A stretch of 64,000 bases of DNA from Camelus ferus (Eukaryota): positions 70,124,001 to 70,188,000 of the forward strand of contig NC_045696.1 in the NCBI RefSeq assembly GCF_009834535.1. The letters run 5' to 3'. The notes beneath the pieces are model-generated. The model saw only the letters and a program-made list of their open reading frames with translations, had not been told where the DNA came from and searched no databases. Position numbers and translations under genes: made by a program. Below, piece by piece: positions 1-11,777 of this stretch. Numbering within the stretch: the first letter of the stretch is position 1; every line of letters begins with the position of its first letter.

Positions 1-214
1 GTAAAGGCTAACGTACATTAAATTCTATTTCATTTGGTGCCACTAGGCAACTCAAAGTGAGAGAAAAAGTTCTCTCTGGGTCTAATTCTGTCATGAGCTC
101 TCTTTGGTATTTAACTTCCTTCCTTTGTACTTTAGCTTTTCTAACTTTAAGGAAAGCAGTATTTTCCTGAAGGTCAGCAGTAATTCTAATTCAAATGTAT
201 GTACACTACAGTTT

Positions 215-579
215 TCTTTTTTTTAAAAATTCTTTTCCACTATAGTTTCTTACAAGATATTGAATATAATTCCCTGCACTACACAGTAGGACTTTGTTGT
301 TTATTTTATACATAGTAGCTTGCAGCTGCCAATTCCAAACTTCTGATTTATCCCTCCCCTCTCCCCCACTTTCCCCTTTGGTAACCACAAGTTTGCCTTC
401 TAAGTCTGCGAGTCTGTTTCTGTTTTGTAAATAACTTTTTAGATTCCACATAAAAGTGATATCATGTGATATTTGTCTTTCTCTGCCTGTCTGACTTCAC
501 TTAGTATGATAATCTCTAGGTCCATCCATGTTGCTACAAATGGCATTATTTCATGGTTTTTTATGGCTAACTAGTATAC

Positions 580-635
<56 letters not shown>

Positions 636-865
636 TATGTATATATGTATATCACAACTTCTTTATCCAGTCATCTGTTGATGGCCATTTAGATTGCTTC
701 CAAGTTTTGGCTATTGCAAATAGTGCTGCTATGAACACTGGGGTACATGTATCTTTTCAAATGAGAGTTTTCTCCGGATACATGCCCAGAAGTAGGATGG
801 CTGGATCATGTGATAACTCTACTTAGTTTTCTAAGGAACCTCCATCCTGCTTTTCCACTACAGTT
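215..865 (-). mobile_element. L1 3' end fragment
   Basis: Antisense L1 3'UTR/ORF2-end motifs (tccatccatgttgc...tggcattatttcat; ccagtcatctgttgatgg...tagtgctgctatgaaca). Boundaries approximate. Confidence 0.85.
582..633. repeat. (TG)n microsatellite, about 25 units
   Basis: Seen directly; lies within the L1 fragment. Confidence 0.98.
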
Positions 866-1142
866 TTCATATCCTCTTTTCCTCTTCTCTTCAACAATTT
901 CACCAGAACCCGCTATGAAGATGACATTTTGATACATGTTATTTTCATGTAAGAGAATAATATATTCCAAGTGCTTAAAAACCTCCAAAATGTTGTATGT
1001 GTGAGGTGTCATTATTGCTTCACAATGAATAGTTACATAATTGTTATAAGAATCAGAATACCCTCTTCCAGGAGTTATTCCTTCTCACTGAGAGTTTCCT
1101 GTCTGTCTGTTCAGTAGCACCTGGAAGAGTTTCCAGACTTAC

Positions 1143-1251
1143 CTGCGACTTGAAGTAAGTTTCCTGTGGGGTGGCAAGTACATCTGCAGACGCGATGTCT
1201 AAATGCATGAGTGTCTGCCGAAAAGAAGGTCGGTTGCGAGGTTTACTCTGC
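1143..1251 (-). CDS. MAP3K13: MAP3K13 exon 7 (end of kinase domain)
   Basis: [36 protein letters not shown]; 109 nt; acceptor tttttactcttag|G, donor CAG|GTAAGT. Confidence 0.97.
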
Positions 1252-1330
1252 CTAAGAGTAAAAAAAAATAGCTCGTGCACTTTAGAAGTTGTGTCTGGGA
1301 GGATAAAGATTTTATTCTACTTTATAAAAG

Positions 1331-1397
1331 ACATTTTTGACTCCATGCGTGGCTATATCTCAGGCAGTTTTGATGTACTGAAGAGCAAAAGGAAACT
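1331..1397 (+). pseudogene. Nested-gene candidate exon (phase 1->2)
   Basis: tttataaaag|AC...CT|GTAAGT; open: IFDSMRGYISGSFDVLKSKRK. Confidence 0.55.
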
Positions 1398-1539
1398 GTA
1401 AGTATGAGGTACCTCTGATGATGAACTGGAAATCTCTAGGATCAGTGACCTGTTTGATAATAATGATCCCTTAGGACTGGTGAAGTAATGATAGCTATAA
1501 TTTATAATATTTATAATTTATAATTTAGCTTACTGCTTC

Positions 1540-1730
1540 CAGATATCATACCAAATGCCTTCCTTATAATTTTTAACTACTTATAAGACAGCAACTTTTA
1601 GTAGGTGGTATCCCCATTTTACAGATGAGAAAACTGATACTTGAGCAACATGCCCAAAATTACACAGATGGAAAAGAGCAGAGCTAGTATTGGAATCCAA
1701 GGTTCTCAAATTCCAAGGCTCCTAGACTCT
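1540..1730 (-). mobile_element. MIR SINE
   Basis: Core motif ccccattttacagatgagaaaactga...tgccca...agagctag. Confidence 0.75.
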
Positions 1731-1859
1731 ACACAAAGTAAGGCTATTCACTCCAAATATACATTAGAGATTTCCCTGCAGTTTTAAATATGGATAGAGA
1801 AGTTTTAAACATGGTTCTGAGGAAAAAGGTAAAAGAGAACACTGAAACATATTTCTCAC

Positions 1860-2018
1860 CATGTCTGCTTCATAAGGATTTTGAATCCATCAGGGCAAGT
1901 GGAAGGAACTGGAAGGTGTAGGCTATTGCTTCCAACACCCCAAATAATGGCTGAAGAGTCTACATCTTTGTATGGGATCTCTCCTGTCAGCAGCTCCCAA
2001 AGCACCACTCCAAAAGAC
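1860..2018 (-). CDS. MAP3K13: MAP3K13 exon 6 (kinase C-lobe)
   Basis: [53 protein letters not shown]; 159 nt; acceptor cgtag|G, donor TG|GTGAGA. Confidence 0.97.
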
Positions 2019-2099
2019 CTACGGTAGCACCAGGAACATATACATGAGACATTTCAGAAAGACTGACTTGTATTTTAGTTCTTCATTAATTTTAATCAA

Positions 2100-3200
2100 A
2101 TATAGACTCAGTTTTAAAATTCTAATACTGCTATAAGGAAAACAGAACCGGCCAGGAAAACTCTGAAAGAAAAATTAATGAGGGGTAACCAACATTATCA
2201 GATATTAAGATATACAATAAGGTTTCAATAATTAACACTGGTGATAAATAGACAGCCAGACTAACAGAATGGAACAGAAATCCAGAAACAGACCAAATAT
2301 ATATAGGAATTGAGTATATGACAGAAGTGACATCTCAAACTAGTGGGAAAAACTGATTATTCAAATAGCTGCTGTTGGGACAACTGGGGAAAAATTAAAT
2401 CTATACTTCATCTTACAGCAAGATAAATTCCAAATGCATCAAAGAAAAATGAAATAATAAAAATCCTCAAAGAACACTGAGAATTAAAAAAATAATCTTA
2501 GAGTGGTAAAGGATTTTCTAGTTAAGAAATCCAGAAGCCATAAAAGGAGAGACTGATAAACTGCTTAAAAAAAAACTTAACACAGAAAAAAAAATAACTC
2601 CACCATAAGCAAAACAACAAAATGTGAAAACCATCTGTAATTCATATACACAAAAGGCTAATTGCCTTGACATTAACTACTATTATAGGTTGATAAGAAT
2701 AAAAGATTAGAAAGCTTAGTAAAGGATAAGAATAGTTCACAAATAAGAAATTACAAACGGTTCATAAACATGAAAAAATGTACAACCCTATTTATCAGAA
2801 GAGGAATAAACATTAAAACTGCACCTAAGACACCACTTTTTAACCTGTATGGAGGGGAACATGCGCTCAAGTGGTAGAGTGCATGCTTAGCATACACAGG
2901 GTCCTGGGTTCAACCCCCAGTACCTCCTCTGAAAATAAATAAGTAAGCCTGATTATCTCTCTCCCTAACCTGTATGGTTGCCAAAAATCCCGAAGTTTAA
3001 CGCAGTCTGTTGGTGAGACTGAAAAAACACTCTTACACATTTCTGTTGGGAACATACATCGGTATAATCTCTAATGAGAACACTTTGGCAATAATTACCC
3101 AAATTACAAGTGATCCCACATTTCTACTTGATCTTATTTACTCTGGTGTTACATGCAATTTTAATATATGCTGTTATTTTGGTTTTAAGTCTAAAGTTAC
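2100..3200 (+). mobile_element. Old L1M fragment (interrupted by a SINE)
   Basis: Degenerate A-rich L1 ORF2 3' motifs (agaatggaacagaaatccagaaacagacc; gttgggacaactgg; aaacatgaaaaaatg). Confidence 0.65.
2853..2965 (+). mobile_element. Vic-1-like tRNA-derived SINE with target-site duplication (TSD) taacctgtatgg
   Basis: A box gctcaagtggtagag, B box gggttcaaccccc; TSD copies at 2841-2852 and 2966-2977. Confidence 0.85.
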
Positions 3201-3559
3201 TACTAGCCAATTTTAAAAATGGAAGAAAAGCAACTATACAGAAATACACTGTTAATAGCAGTAGATACATAACCTCAGAGGAAAAGTTGATAAAGTTTTT
3301 TAAAAAGCTCCCTCCCCCACTAAAAAAAAAAGCATAGCCCATGATAGCTGTTTAATAAAAGGGCAAACAGCCTTGTACACCTCAAATAGGTCTAAAGTAT
3401 ATAACTGTATCACAGCCAAGTATATCATTGATATACCTAATGACAGTCTGAGTCACCAAGAGGTACACTAATATATTTTATTTAAGAAGGTGAGAATTAC
3501 AAAATATGTTTCAGGAAGACTTTTCCAGTAAACGGCTATTTAAAGTAAACTTTTTCTAG

Positions 3560-3706
3560 AAAGTTCAGCATATTCTCTGAGGGTCCCCAGAACTGATGAT
3601 TTACTGAATGGATATTCACCCTAATTCATCCTCTCCCAATCCTTCTTACCACGTATCATCACGCTGGGTAGTACCTCGGATCATACGAGACTGAAATCAA
3701 CCAGAA
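3560..3706 (+). pseudogene. Nested-gene candidate exon (phase 2->2, 147 nt)
   Basis: tttttctag|A...AA|GTGAGT; KFSIFSEGPQN**FTEWIFTLIHPLPILLTTYHHAG*YLGSYETEINQ; several retained CpGs. Confidence 0.5.
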
Positions 3707-3812
3707 GTGAGTAACACTCAAGGGTATTTTGGGAAAGTAGAAAATGAAAGAGGAAAACACTAATAGGGTGAAAGCGGGAAGCTTTCTAGTTGGCACAGAT
3801 GGTGCTGCTCAC

Positions 3813-3971
3813 CATATATCAACTTTTTCAGAAACAGGTTCATTCCGTATCACCTCTGGCGCCATCCATGCGACTGTACCAGCAAAGGACATCTTGGTAC
3901 TTTTATCACTGAGTTCCTTAGATGTTCCAAAATCTGAAATTTTTACTGCATCTGTGTGAGTCACTAAAACA
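3813..3971 (-). CDS. MAP3K13: MAP3K13 exon 5 (DFG, activation loop, APE)
   Basis: [53 protein letters not shown] read from the reverse complement; 159 nt; acceptor ttaaag|T, donor TG|GTGAGC. Confidence 0.97.
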
Positions 3972-4145
3972 CTTTAAAGAGAAATAAAGAAAACACCCAG
4001 TTCGTTAGTACTAATGAAAATCTTAACTAACTGGCAACTGAAGATTTTGTTTGCTGCCTCCTACCTTGCAGAATTCAGCTTGCAAGCTCCAGGACTACTG
4101 GGGCCTTAGCTACACACCAGAAACAGCATCATTCATACTTGTGAA

Positions 4146-4600
4146 GCAGCATAACACAGTGGACTGCCTACACCTGGTTTGATCCTGCCTCCACCACTTG
4201 CTAACTGTGTGACCTTTGCCAAGTTACTTAATTCTTCTAAGCCAGTTTTCTCATCTGTAAGATGGAGATAATTCAGCTCACAGTATCTTATTCACAATTC
4301 AAAAATCTCTGAAAATGGTTTATAAATTTTTTTTCGTATATTTAAGGTAAACTCAATTTACTTATCCCACTTTATGCAACTGTAAAGGTTTTGCTACAGA
4401 TTTATGTATGTGGCTGATTACAGGGTGTTGCCCCAGACTTTGCTGGGTATAAGGTAATGCCTGATGTTACATTTCTGAAACCATCTGATTTCAAGGGTTT
4501 TGGATAAGGGATTATGGGTCTGTAACAACAGTCTCACAGAATTTTCACTTGAATTAAATGAGGTAAGATATGTAAAGCACCCATCTCAATAAATACTGGT
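4146..4600 (+). mobile_element. MIR interrupted by a probable Tigger-type (MER46-like) DNA transposon remnant (~4280-4523)
   Basis: MIR core tgtgtgacctttgccaagttactta...ttttctcatctgtaa; insert ends ttggataagggattatgggtctgta; MIR resumes ttaaatgagg...tgtaaagcac. Confidence 0.55.
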
Positions 4601-6907
4601 TTTCACCCCTGCCGGTCTCAGACAACCCAACAGGAAAAACACTTCTTTTAAAACACTGTTTAAATGATGGCCAATTAAAATCACGCGTGGGACCACGACA
4701 CAAGGGATTCATTACTATAAAAGGCTAATAAGTGTGCTGTGATTCCATTAATGTTGATAAGGAAAAACAGAAGTAAAATTAAGCTTAAGTAGATTCCACA
4801 CAAGCCATGTTTTACTTGTTACAGCAGTGATCTGAGATGTGATCTCAGACTGCTTTTGCTAGCCCTAAAGTGAGTACAGTCTGGTAGCAGTCAAATCCAA
4901 AGTATCAGCATCCTCACACACTAGACTGGATTCACTTGAAATAACCTGTTTAGAACTTTTGAATGATAATCAGTTAGGGTTTCAGAAGCTTAATGATATA
5001 GAGACCTATTTTTAACAGTAAGAAGGCTTAGTACTCAAACACTATCAGAATCAAGGCAGCTAGAAAACAGAAAACTTCTCAATCCATCTCCTCTCTATTT
5101 GAACCAGGAACTTGACATTTGCTCCCCTCCCCACCAGTGTCAGATGGCTCTCCTGCAAATAGCTCAGTGCTCACAACTGCGGTAGAATACCTTCATCCAT
5201 ATCTTACTCCTGGTTTTGCACCTGATATACAAAATTTGTGTAATTTAGGAATTTCAATTTAATAGTGTTAGTCTTCATGAAAATGCAAAAGGATTAAACT
5301 ATCAGGGGAGATCTGAGATAATTAGAGGATTGATGGTATCATATACAATAAAAAAATCAGAAAAAGTGATAAGCTGCTGGATGGAAAAACACTAGAAGCT
5401 TCTTCTTCTGCCTCTTTTGTGTTGCTCATGGGACCTGTTGGCATGACAAGAGGGAACGGATGTGGGAGAAGACTAGAGAAGACATGATGCTGGAACTTCG
5501 GTGAAGTCTTCTGAGATAAAGTTGGGGTCACACAGCCTAAAGACTTAGCATAGGTAATGAAATCTCTTTACAGCAGATTGGTCTTTGTCTTCCCCTTGTC
5601 AGCTTGGAAACCAAAGAGGCCAAAGCTGCTGGCGGTTCGAGGTGGTGCTGATAACAGAGGGAAAGACTTACTGGATAACCAACTTATTACTCTAATCTTT
5701 AATGACAAGAGTTAAAGAGAGTAGCAGTGATTTTATATGTTCTAAAATTCCTTGACTACTTCCTCTAAAATTAATTCTCAAGGAGAACAAGGTAGTTAAG
5801 AAGGCCAGTCAAAGAGTTCTTTGGCAAGTATTTTGTGTACTTAATGTGTATGTAGTGGATGATAAAAAACAACATATTGTGTTAAAAATGTGAACAGGAG
5901 GAATGAACACTATAATATAGTTTATTTGCAAGTAAAGTGAGGAGAAGGTTGTTCAGTGAGCTAATAACTGTAATAAACGTTGTTGAGAATTATGGTGATA
6001 AATAAGAGCTGCTTTGAAGTTCATAATCAAGGACAGATTTGTATCTTCCATGGAGAAGAGGCAGGATTCACTGTGAACCCCTCATCTTCAAGTGAAGAGA
6101 GAGGATGCAGTGGTCTCTGGTTTAAAAGTTCTGAGTTCAAGTCCTAGCTCCATGACTTTGGGCTCTGAGCTCTAGATTTCTTATGGGAAATAAGAGTAAC
6201 ACTTGTTACATCTATCTTATACATTTTTGCCAGGATCAAAGGAGATGTGATAATGGATATTTTTAAATGTTGTAAACTATGAAAGCACTATGCAAATATA
6301 TTTTTAGAAAAAAATTATTCTCTGCTTCTCTAAACCAAAATGTGGTTAAGAAATGATGAAAATAATTTTAAAAATAGGAGTTACACTGAATTATACCATT
6401 TAATCAGTTCCTTTCTTTCCTTCATGCAACTTGGGGAACTGAATAAACATTCCTCTTAAAGTAGTTATTGGTAGGCAAAGAATCATTATGAAAACAGAGA
6501 TGACTAGAAACAGCTCTGCTTCTCTTAAATAACCAATTTACATTATTTCATGGACACTTTGAACATTGTAACTACTTGTTTCTTTCTTTGCTTAGACTCT
6601 AGGAAGCTCAAAGCCAAATGCATAGTCCACCTCTAGCAACTGTACAGAATATTACAGCCTACATTATGTGGACAAGCTTTAGTTCTAATGTTTTTCTTAT
6701 TTTCTCTTTGCCTCTGTTTCTTATTCATCCATTTTTATCCTGTTGTAGTTTATATATTTCTGAAATTCAGTTTTTAAGGAACTGTTTCTTGAAGGGGAAC
6801 ACAATAGAAAAACAACAAATGATGCCTTACACTGGGAAATTCTGACGTCAATTATCTGAGATGATGAAAAGTGAATACTTTAGTTAATAATAAATTTTGT
6901 TTCATAG

Positions 6908-6972
6908 CTGTACAATTAAAAAGCAACAAAAAGGGAAAACTAGTGTCAGGTGCCTGGATATCTGCCATACAG
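6908..6972 (+). pseudogene. Nested-gene candidate exon (65 nt)
   Basis: ttttgtttcatag|C...CAG|GTAAGT (consensus donor); open: CTIKKQQKGKTSVRCLDICHT. Confidence 0.55.
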
Positions 6973-7116
6973 GTAAGTAAGTAGGTTAACAACAACCCCC
7001 CAAACATGCAAACAGAAACACCCACTGTGCTAATTTAAACTGAACTGAAGTACAATAAAATGCCATATTTCAAAACAATACAACAAAATGTTTGAAAAAT
7101 TAGCCCCAGAACTCAC

Positions 7117-7308
7117 TTAGGTGATTTGAGATCACGATGAATAATTTTATGGAGATGCAAATAATTCATTCCACTTGCAATCCCGGTGGACCAGTCTACT
7201 AGCAATCGAGGTGTGATCTTCCTGCCAGCTCGCAAAACCTCATAGAGTTGTCCATGGGCACAGTATTCCATGATGATACAGTAACATGGGGCCTGAGTAC
7301 AAACACCC
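7117..7308 (-). CDS. MAP3K13: MAP3K13 exon 4 (hinge and catalytic loop HRDLKSPN)
   Basis: [63 protein letters not shown]; 192 nt; acceptor gaaag|G, donor AA|GTGAGT. Confidence 0.98.
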
Positions 7309-8199
7309 CTTTCAGGAAAACACAAACATGTATATGAATACACACATACATGTAAACATACATGAATACATATTTATATTCTAAGAATATTTAATAAACA
7401 ATAATTAAGAGTTCTCTATCCAAATTATTTTTAAAAGGCATATAATCTTTCCTGACTCTTAAATTACCATTAAAGTCTCTCTAGTATACATGTTTCTCTG
7501 TTACGTGTATAGACAACTTTAGTTTGTTTTGTTCACTCCATCTATCTATCTATATGCTTGCTATGTTTTACTGATGCCTTTTCTGTGGGGCTGTTCTATT
7601 TTAGGACAAAGAGCATCTTTTCTGGAGGCTTGTGTAGGCTGGGTATTGCATTTTTTTCAGTTGTTAAGAATAATTTAAATACTTTCCTTTAAAAATTAAA
7701 TAGGAAGTTTTATATATAGTGTACAGAAGAGAGAATTCAAATAAAATATTGCTATTTTTACTACTATTTGTTGAATTTTAAATTACTCAAATTTAAGGTA
7801 ACTAACTAGAATGAGGACCAAAAAAGAGTCAATTTTCTCTATTATACAGGCTTTGAGAAACATTTCTGTTTAGGAATAAAAATAATGTTATGCAACATAT
7901 TAAATACCTATGCAGCTTCTATTTCCATCAATTCCTACATCTTCCATGAAGCCTTTCCTGATTATTCAAGTCTAAAAACATCTTTCTCTTCTCTAATTTC
8001 CTACATTTTCTTTTTTGCTATGCAATTTTTCCCTCCCTGTACAGATTATTGGCTCACTGAAGGAAAAGATCTTCAAGCTCTTTTGTTTCTACCACATGGC
8101 TTAGAAGTCCACAGCAAGTCCTTGACAAATTTTTCTTAACTTCACCTTAATGTTCTTTGCTGATAAAGCCTTTGCACAAACATGTGCAGAGGCAAGGGG

Positions 8200-8450
8200 T
8201 AAGAGGAAAGGTAGTAACGTTAAAGAACATTTTCTATTTGTCAGGCATGTTTACATGTTAGTTAACTGTCTTATTTAATCTCCCCCAAACCACTGTATGA
8301 TAGATATTACCTGGTCCATTGCTACAGGTAAAGCTCAGAGAGGGAAAATGACTTATCTGAGACCTTTAACTAATACATGACAGAGCTGGGATTTGAATCC
8401 AGTCTAAGTTCAAAGCCCACACTCTTTCCACTCACTATGCTACACTGCCT
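8200..8450 (-). mobile_element. MIR SINE
   Basis: tttaatctccc...gctcagagaggg...tgactta...cagagctgggatttgaatccag. Confidence 0.75.
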
Positions 8451-9503
8451 CCCTTCTAGGTTTTTAAAGTTTATATAGACAAGCATATTGGGGATTCCTG
8501 AATTACTACTGTTATCTTATAAAAGTGGGAACATCATATTAACCCTACTTCACAGTTTTGTTCTAAGAATGAGAAAAGAGAAGAAAAATTACCATGAGGA
8601 ACTCTCTGTGTCTTTATCTCTCAATGATATGCATACCTTCCTCTAAAACTTTCTGGAGAAGTTAGGAGAGTATTCTGCCTACAAGGCTCCCAGCTAAAGT
8701 CCTCAGCCAGCTACCAATTCATGTCTTATCTCTTAGGCTACGAAAGTTGTGAAAGAATTTAGAGGCCATGGCTTGTGATCATGTGAAAGGCTTATAATAG
8801 CAACAGGTTACAAAGAAGTATCATTAGTTTTCATTTTTCCTGCCTTGATATGCCTGTCAAATGCCACAAAGCTATTTCTATTGCTCTCCTGCCATTTTCT
8901 AAGAAACTTGGAATTCTTATCTTGATTTAAAAAAATTTTTTTTAAATTTCTTTTACTTCACTTTGTGGAAACTTCAGTGGAGCACAAGTATACAGGAACT
9001 ACAAACAGACAATGGAATTTTCATTACAGAGAAATAATGAATAAAGGCAGAAATAATGTAATGTGCTTAAGAATATCAAAACAAATATTGGTTTGAAAGT
9101 AGTCAGTATCCTATTCAACCATGTTTTAACTTGTCACACACTGACAGAAAGAGTCTAACAGCGATATGTTACTCACTTTTCATCTTTCTTGACTGACAAA
9201 TGAGAAGCGATCATTCCATCAGCCCTGTACTATGACAAGGCTCCTTAGTAGCTATAAATAACAGCTCTATAATCACTTCTAATTGCTACCTTTTCTTCCC
9301 TTTGGCACTCAATTCCATTAGGGACAGGCAGGTTGGGTATTCTTAAAAGATTGCTTAAAAAATTGAAAGAAAAAAAGAATCTAGTATTTTCTTGCACTTC
9401 CCTTCTGTACATGGTTCTTAGTAACTTCAAGAGAAGCTGAAAGCACAGAAATCGGTATCCAGAGAGACGTACCGAAATCTAATCATGCTTTCATATCTTC
9501 CAG

Positions 9504-9720
9504 ACGGTCCTGAATGATTCATTGGCCAAGCAACACATGGCACAGATGGCTGCAAACATAACACTGCACAATGCCTCAAGAGCATGGTGTAACGGGCCAG
9601 GGACACAGTCTCACTATTGTTTTCCATGTAGAGGTAAAGACTATTCAAACATCTTCAGCCTAAAGAGTTGGACACTAGCAGAGCAATTCTTGTCCACAAT
9701 GCTGAAAACTGTATGCGCAG
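9504..9720 (+). pseudogene. Nested-gene candidate exon (phase 0->1, 217 nt, fully open)
   Basis: ctaat...tttcatatcttccag|ACG...GCAG|GTAGGA; TVLNDSLAKQHMAQMAANITLHNASRAWCNGPGTQSHYCFPCRGKDYSNIFSLKSWTLAEQFLSTMLKTVCA. Confidence 0.6.
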
Positions 9721-9808
9721 GTAGGAGGGTCAGTAGGGAAAAGATTTGAAGGAAAAAGGAAGGAGCAAAAGAAAGGAAAAATCAAGCTTGTCACTTCTAT
9801 CCTCTTAG

Positions 9809-11326
9809 GACACATGTCTACCTTCAGGTGCCTAGGACACCCTGCTAGAAAAGTCCTCTTACCTGAGACGCACAGCCTAGCTCACTGCCAGAGGCCAAAA
9901 GGCCATGCTAATCTAAATATTCAGTGTCTCAAACCCAGCATACCAATGACCCAAGCTTAAAGTCTAGTTAAATAAAAGGCTCTTCCTTCCATTTAGGATG
10001 GTGGACCATACTGTAATGATGATCATCTCAGTAAAGTAAAATGAAGGTAAGAAGTGAGTCTCTGACAGTCTGCTTAAAAACAATCCTCCTATCGTCTTTT
10101 GAAACTTACCATCTGGGGAAGATTACAATTGTTCTCTATAGCATTTTGTTTTAGTCTCACATCCTCCTGGCCCTCCTGGGGCAACCAATAATAGAATCAC
10201 TACAGTCGCTGAAGTTCTCTCCCATGTCCTCTACACGGACGTTCCTGCCACATGGAAAGGAGTCCAAGGATGTCATTTAGTATCTCAGTTGAACACTTTT
10301 CTTCTTTTCACACTTTCTTCCCCTTTCCATAAGGAATCTTATTTGGGAATCAAAACTCAACTGCAATACACACTTAAACTTATTCTACAAAAACCTGTAC
10401 CCAAGATTTCTATTCCTTACTTTGGGGATATGCTTCCAATTAAAAATTATTGCATGACATGTTTAGCTCTCTAATGAGAATTTTATTAAGAAAAGGATCT
10501 CTCTTGGGGGCAGGAAGGAACTCCTCCTAGGTTAGGGAAGGGGAATTTGTATGTTATTCCACTTTTAGCTGTAGCATCATTGGTCATACTATTTTCTGGA
10601 ACTGAAATATATATAAAAATACACTAAGAAGCTCTAATTTCTAATCTTTCATCCTTCCTAAAGGCTACCTTTCCTGTCCCTCACCAAAAGGAAAGTGAGG
10701 AACAGGAAAAGGACCTCCTTTTAAGCCACTCACCATTCATTTGTTCAAGGCTAGGGCAAAATTTCAAGGCTGGTAAGAGAAGGAACTCAAGGGGAAGGTA
10801 CAGGCAGAAGAGATTATACTATATTCAGAGCTCAGCATTGCCGAGTTTGGTGACTTTCACAAATTTACCTTTGAATCTCTCCATTTTCAGTGTTATGAAA
10901 ATAATGGTCTAAAATAGAAAGATACATTCACACACTCTTGAAAACAACCACTTTGTGAAACAAATATAGCATTTAGTTTACTATCATTACTTTACTATTA
11001 TTAGATTCAGAAAGTTGAGGCTTTGGCATTCTTTGAAAAGGGACCTAGCAACACCTGAAGCAGGGAGAAATTCTCTGAAGATACCTATTACTACAAGTTA
11101 ATATTTAAGAAGAGACACCAACAGAAACTAATAAGAAAATACATCTCTATTTACAAAGAACTAACTGTTCTGTGATCACTTCAGATGTTAGCTTTGTTTT
11201 CTTAATTGAATTTTAGGATGTTCAGGTTATCTTGAAGGGGCCTCTGTCATCCTATTGATAAATGACATTGATTCAGCAGATGTGACTGCTTGGCGGGAAT
11301 AGATTCCTTCTCCCTCTCTGTCCCAC
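9809..11326 (+). pseudogene. Nested-gene candidate exons 9809-9923, 9997-10046, 10155-10279, 10750-10849, 11217-11326
   Basis: Phases 1-2, 2-1, 1-0, 0-1, 1-0 chain exactly. Only 3 stops (TAA 10037, TAA 10774, TAG 11300). Confidence 0.65.
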
Positions 11327-11542
11327 GTATATCCCTTCCAAGCAGTGTGTGTTCTGGCAAGAAGAACTACAAGATTATAAAATCCTTAAACACATGACTC
11401 TAATTGGATCATTCTTTGCAAAGCACCTAACACAGTGCTAAGTCTACAGAGTGTTCTTAACATGTCTTTCAAAGCAGGAACTTACATGTATATATCAGGG
11501 GAAAGAAAATCTATTTCTTAAAAAAAAAAGGCCTTGACCTAC

Positions 11543-11726
11543 TTGAAAGCGATGATGTTAGGGTGCTTCAACTTCCTCAAATGCTTGATATCCGTCTCGT
11601 TTTGTTCTCTCACTTTCTTGATGGCCACCTCCTCCGCTCGGAACTTGCCCAAGAAGACAGCTCCCTGGGCTCCACTACCCAGCCACTGCAGCTCTGAGAT
11701 CTCCTCAAATGGCACTTCCCAAGTAT
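11543..11726 (-). CDS. MAP3K13: MAP3K13 exon 3 (kinase N-lobe, Gly-rich loop, VAIK lysine)
   Basis: [62 protein letters not shown]; 184 nt; acceptor ctag|AT, donor AA|GTAGGT. Confidence 0.98.
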
Positions 11727-11777
11727 CTAGGCACATAAGCGAGACACAAACTTACAGAGATCTCAGCATTTACTCAG

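Noticed and set aside
907..4140. Alternative + strand frame with many in-frame TGA codons (selenoprotein or readthrough idea)
   Set aside because: Most of these TGAs are T|GA(N) junctions of Asp/Glu codons in the neighbouring frame, the normal off-frame pattern of coding DNA. No SECIS element or Cys-like context was seen.
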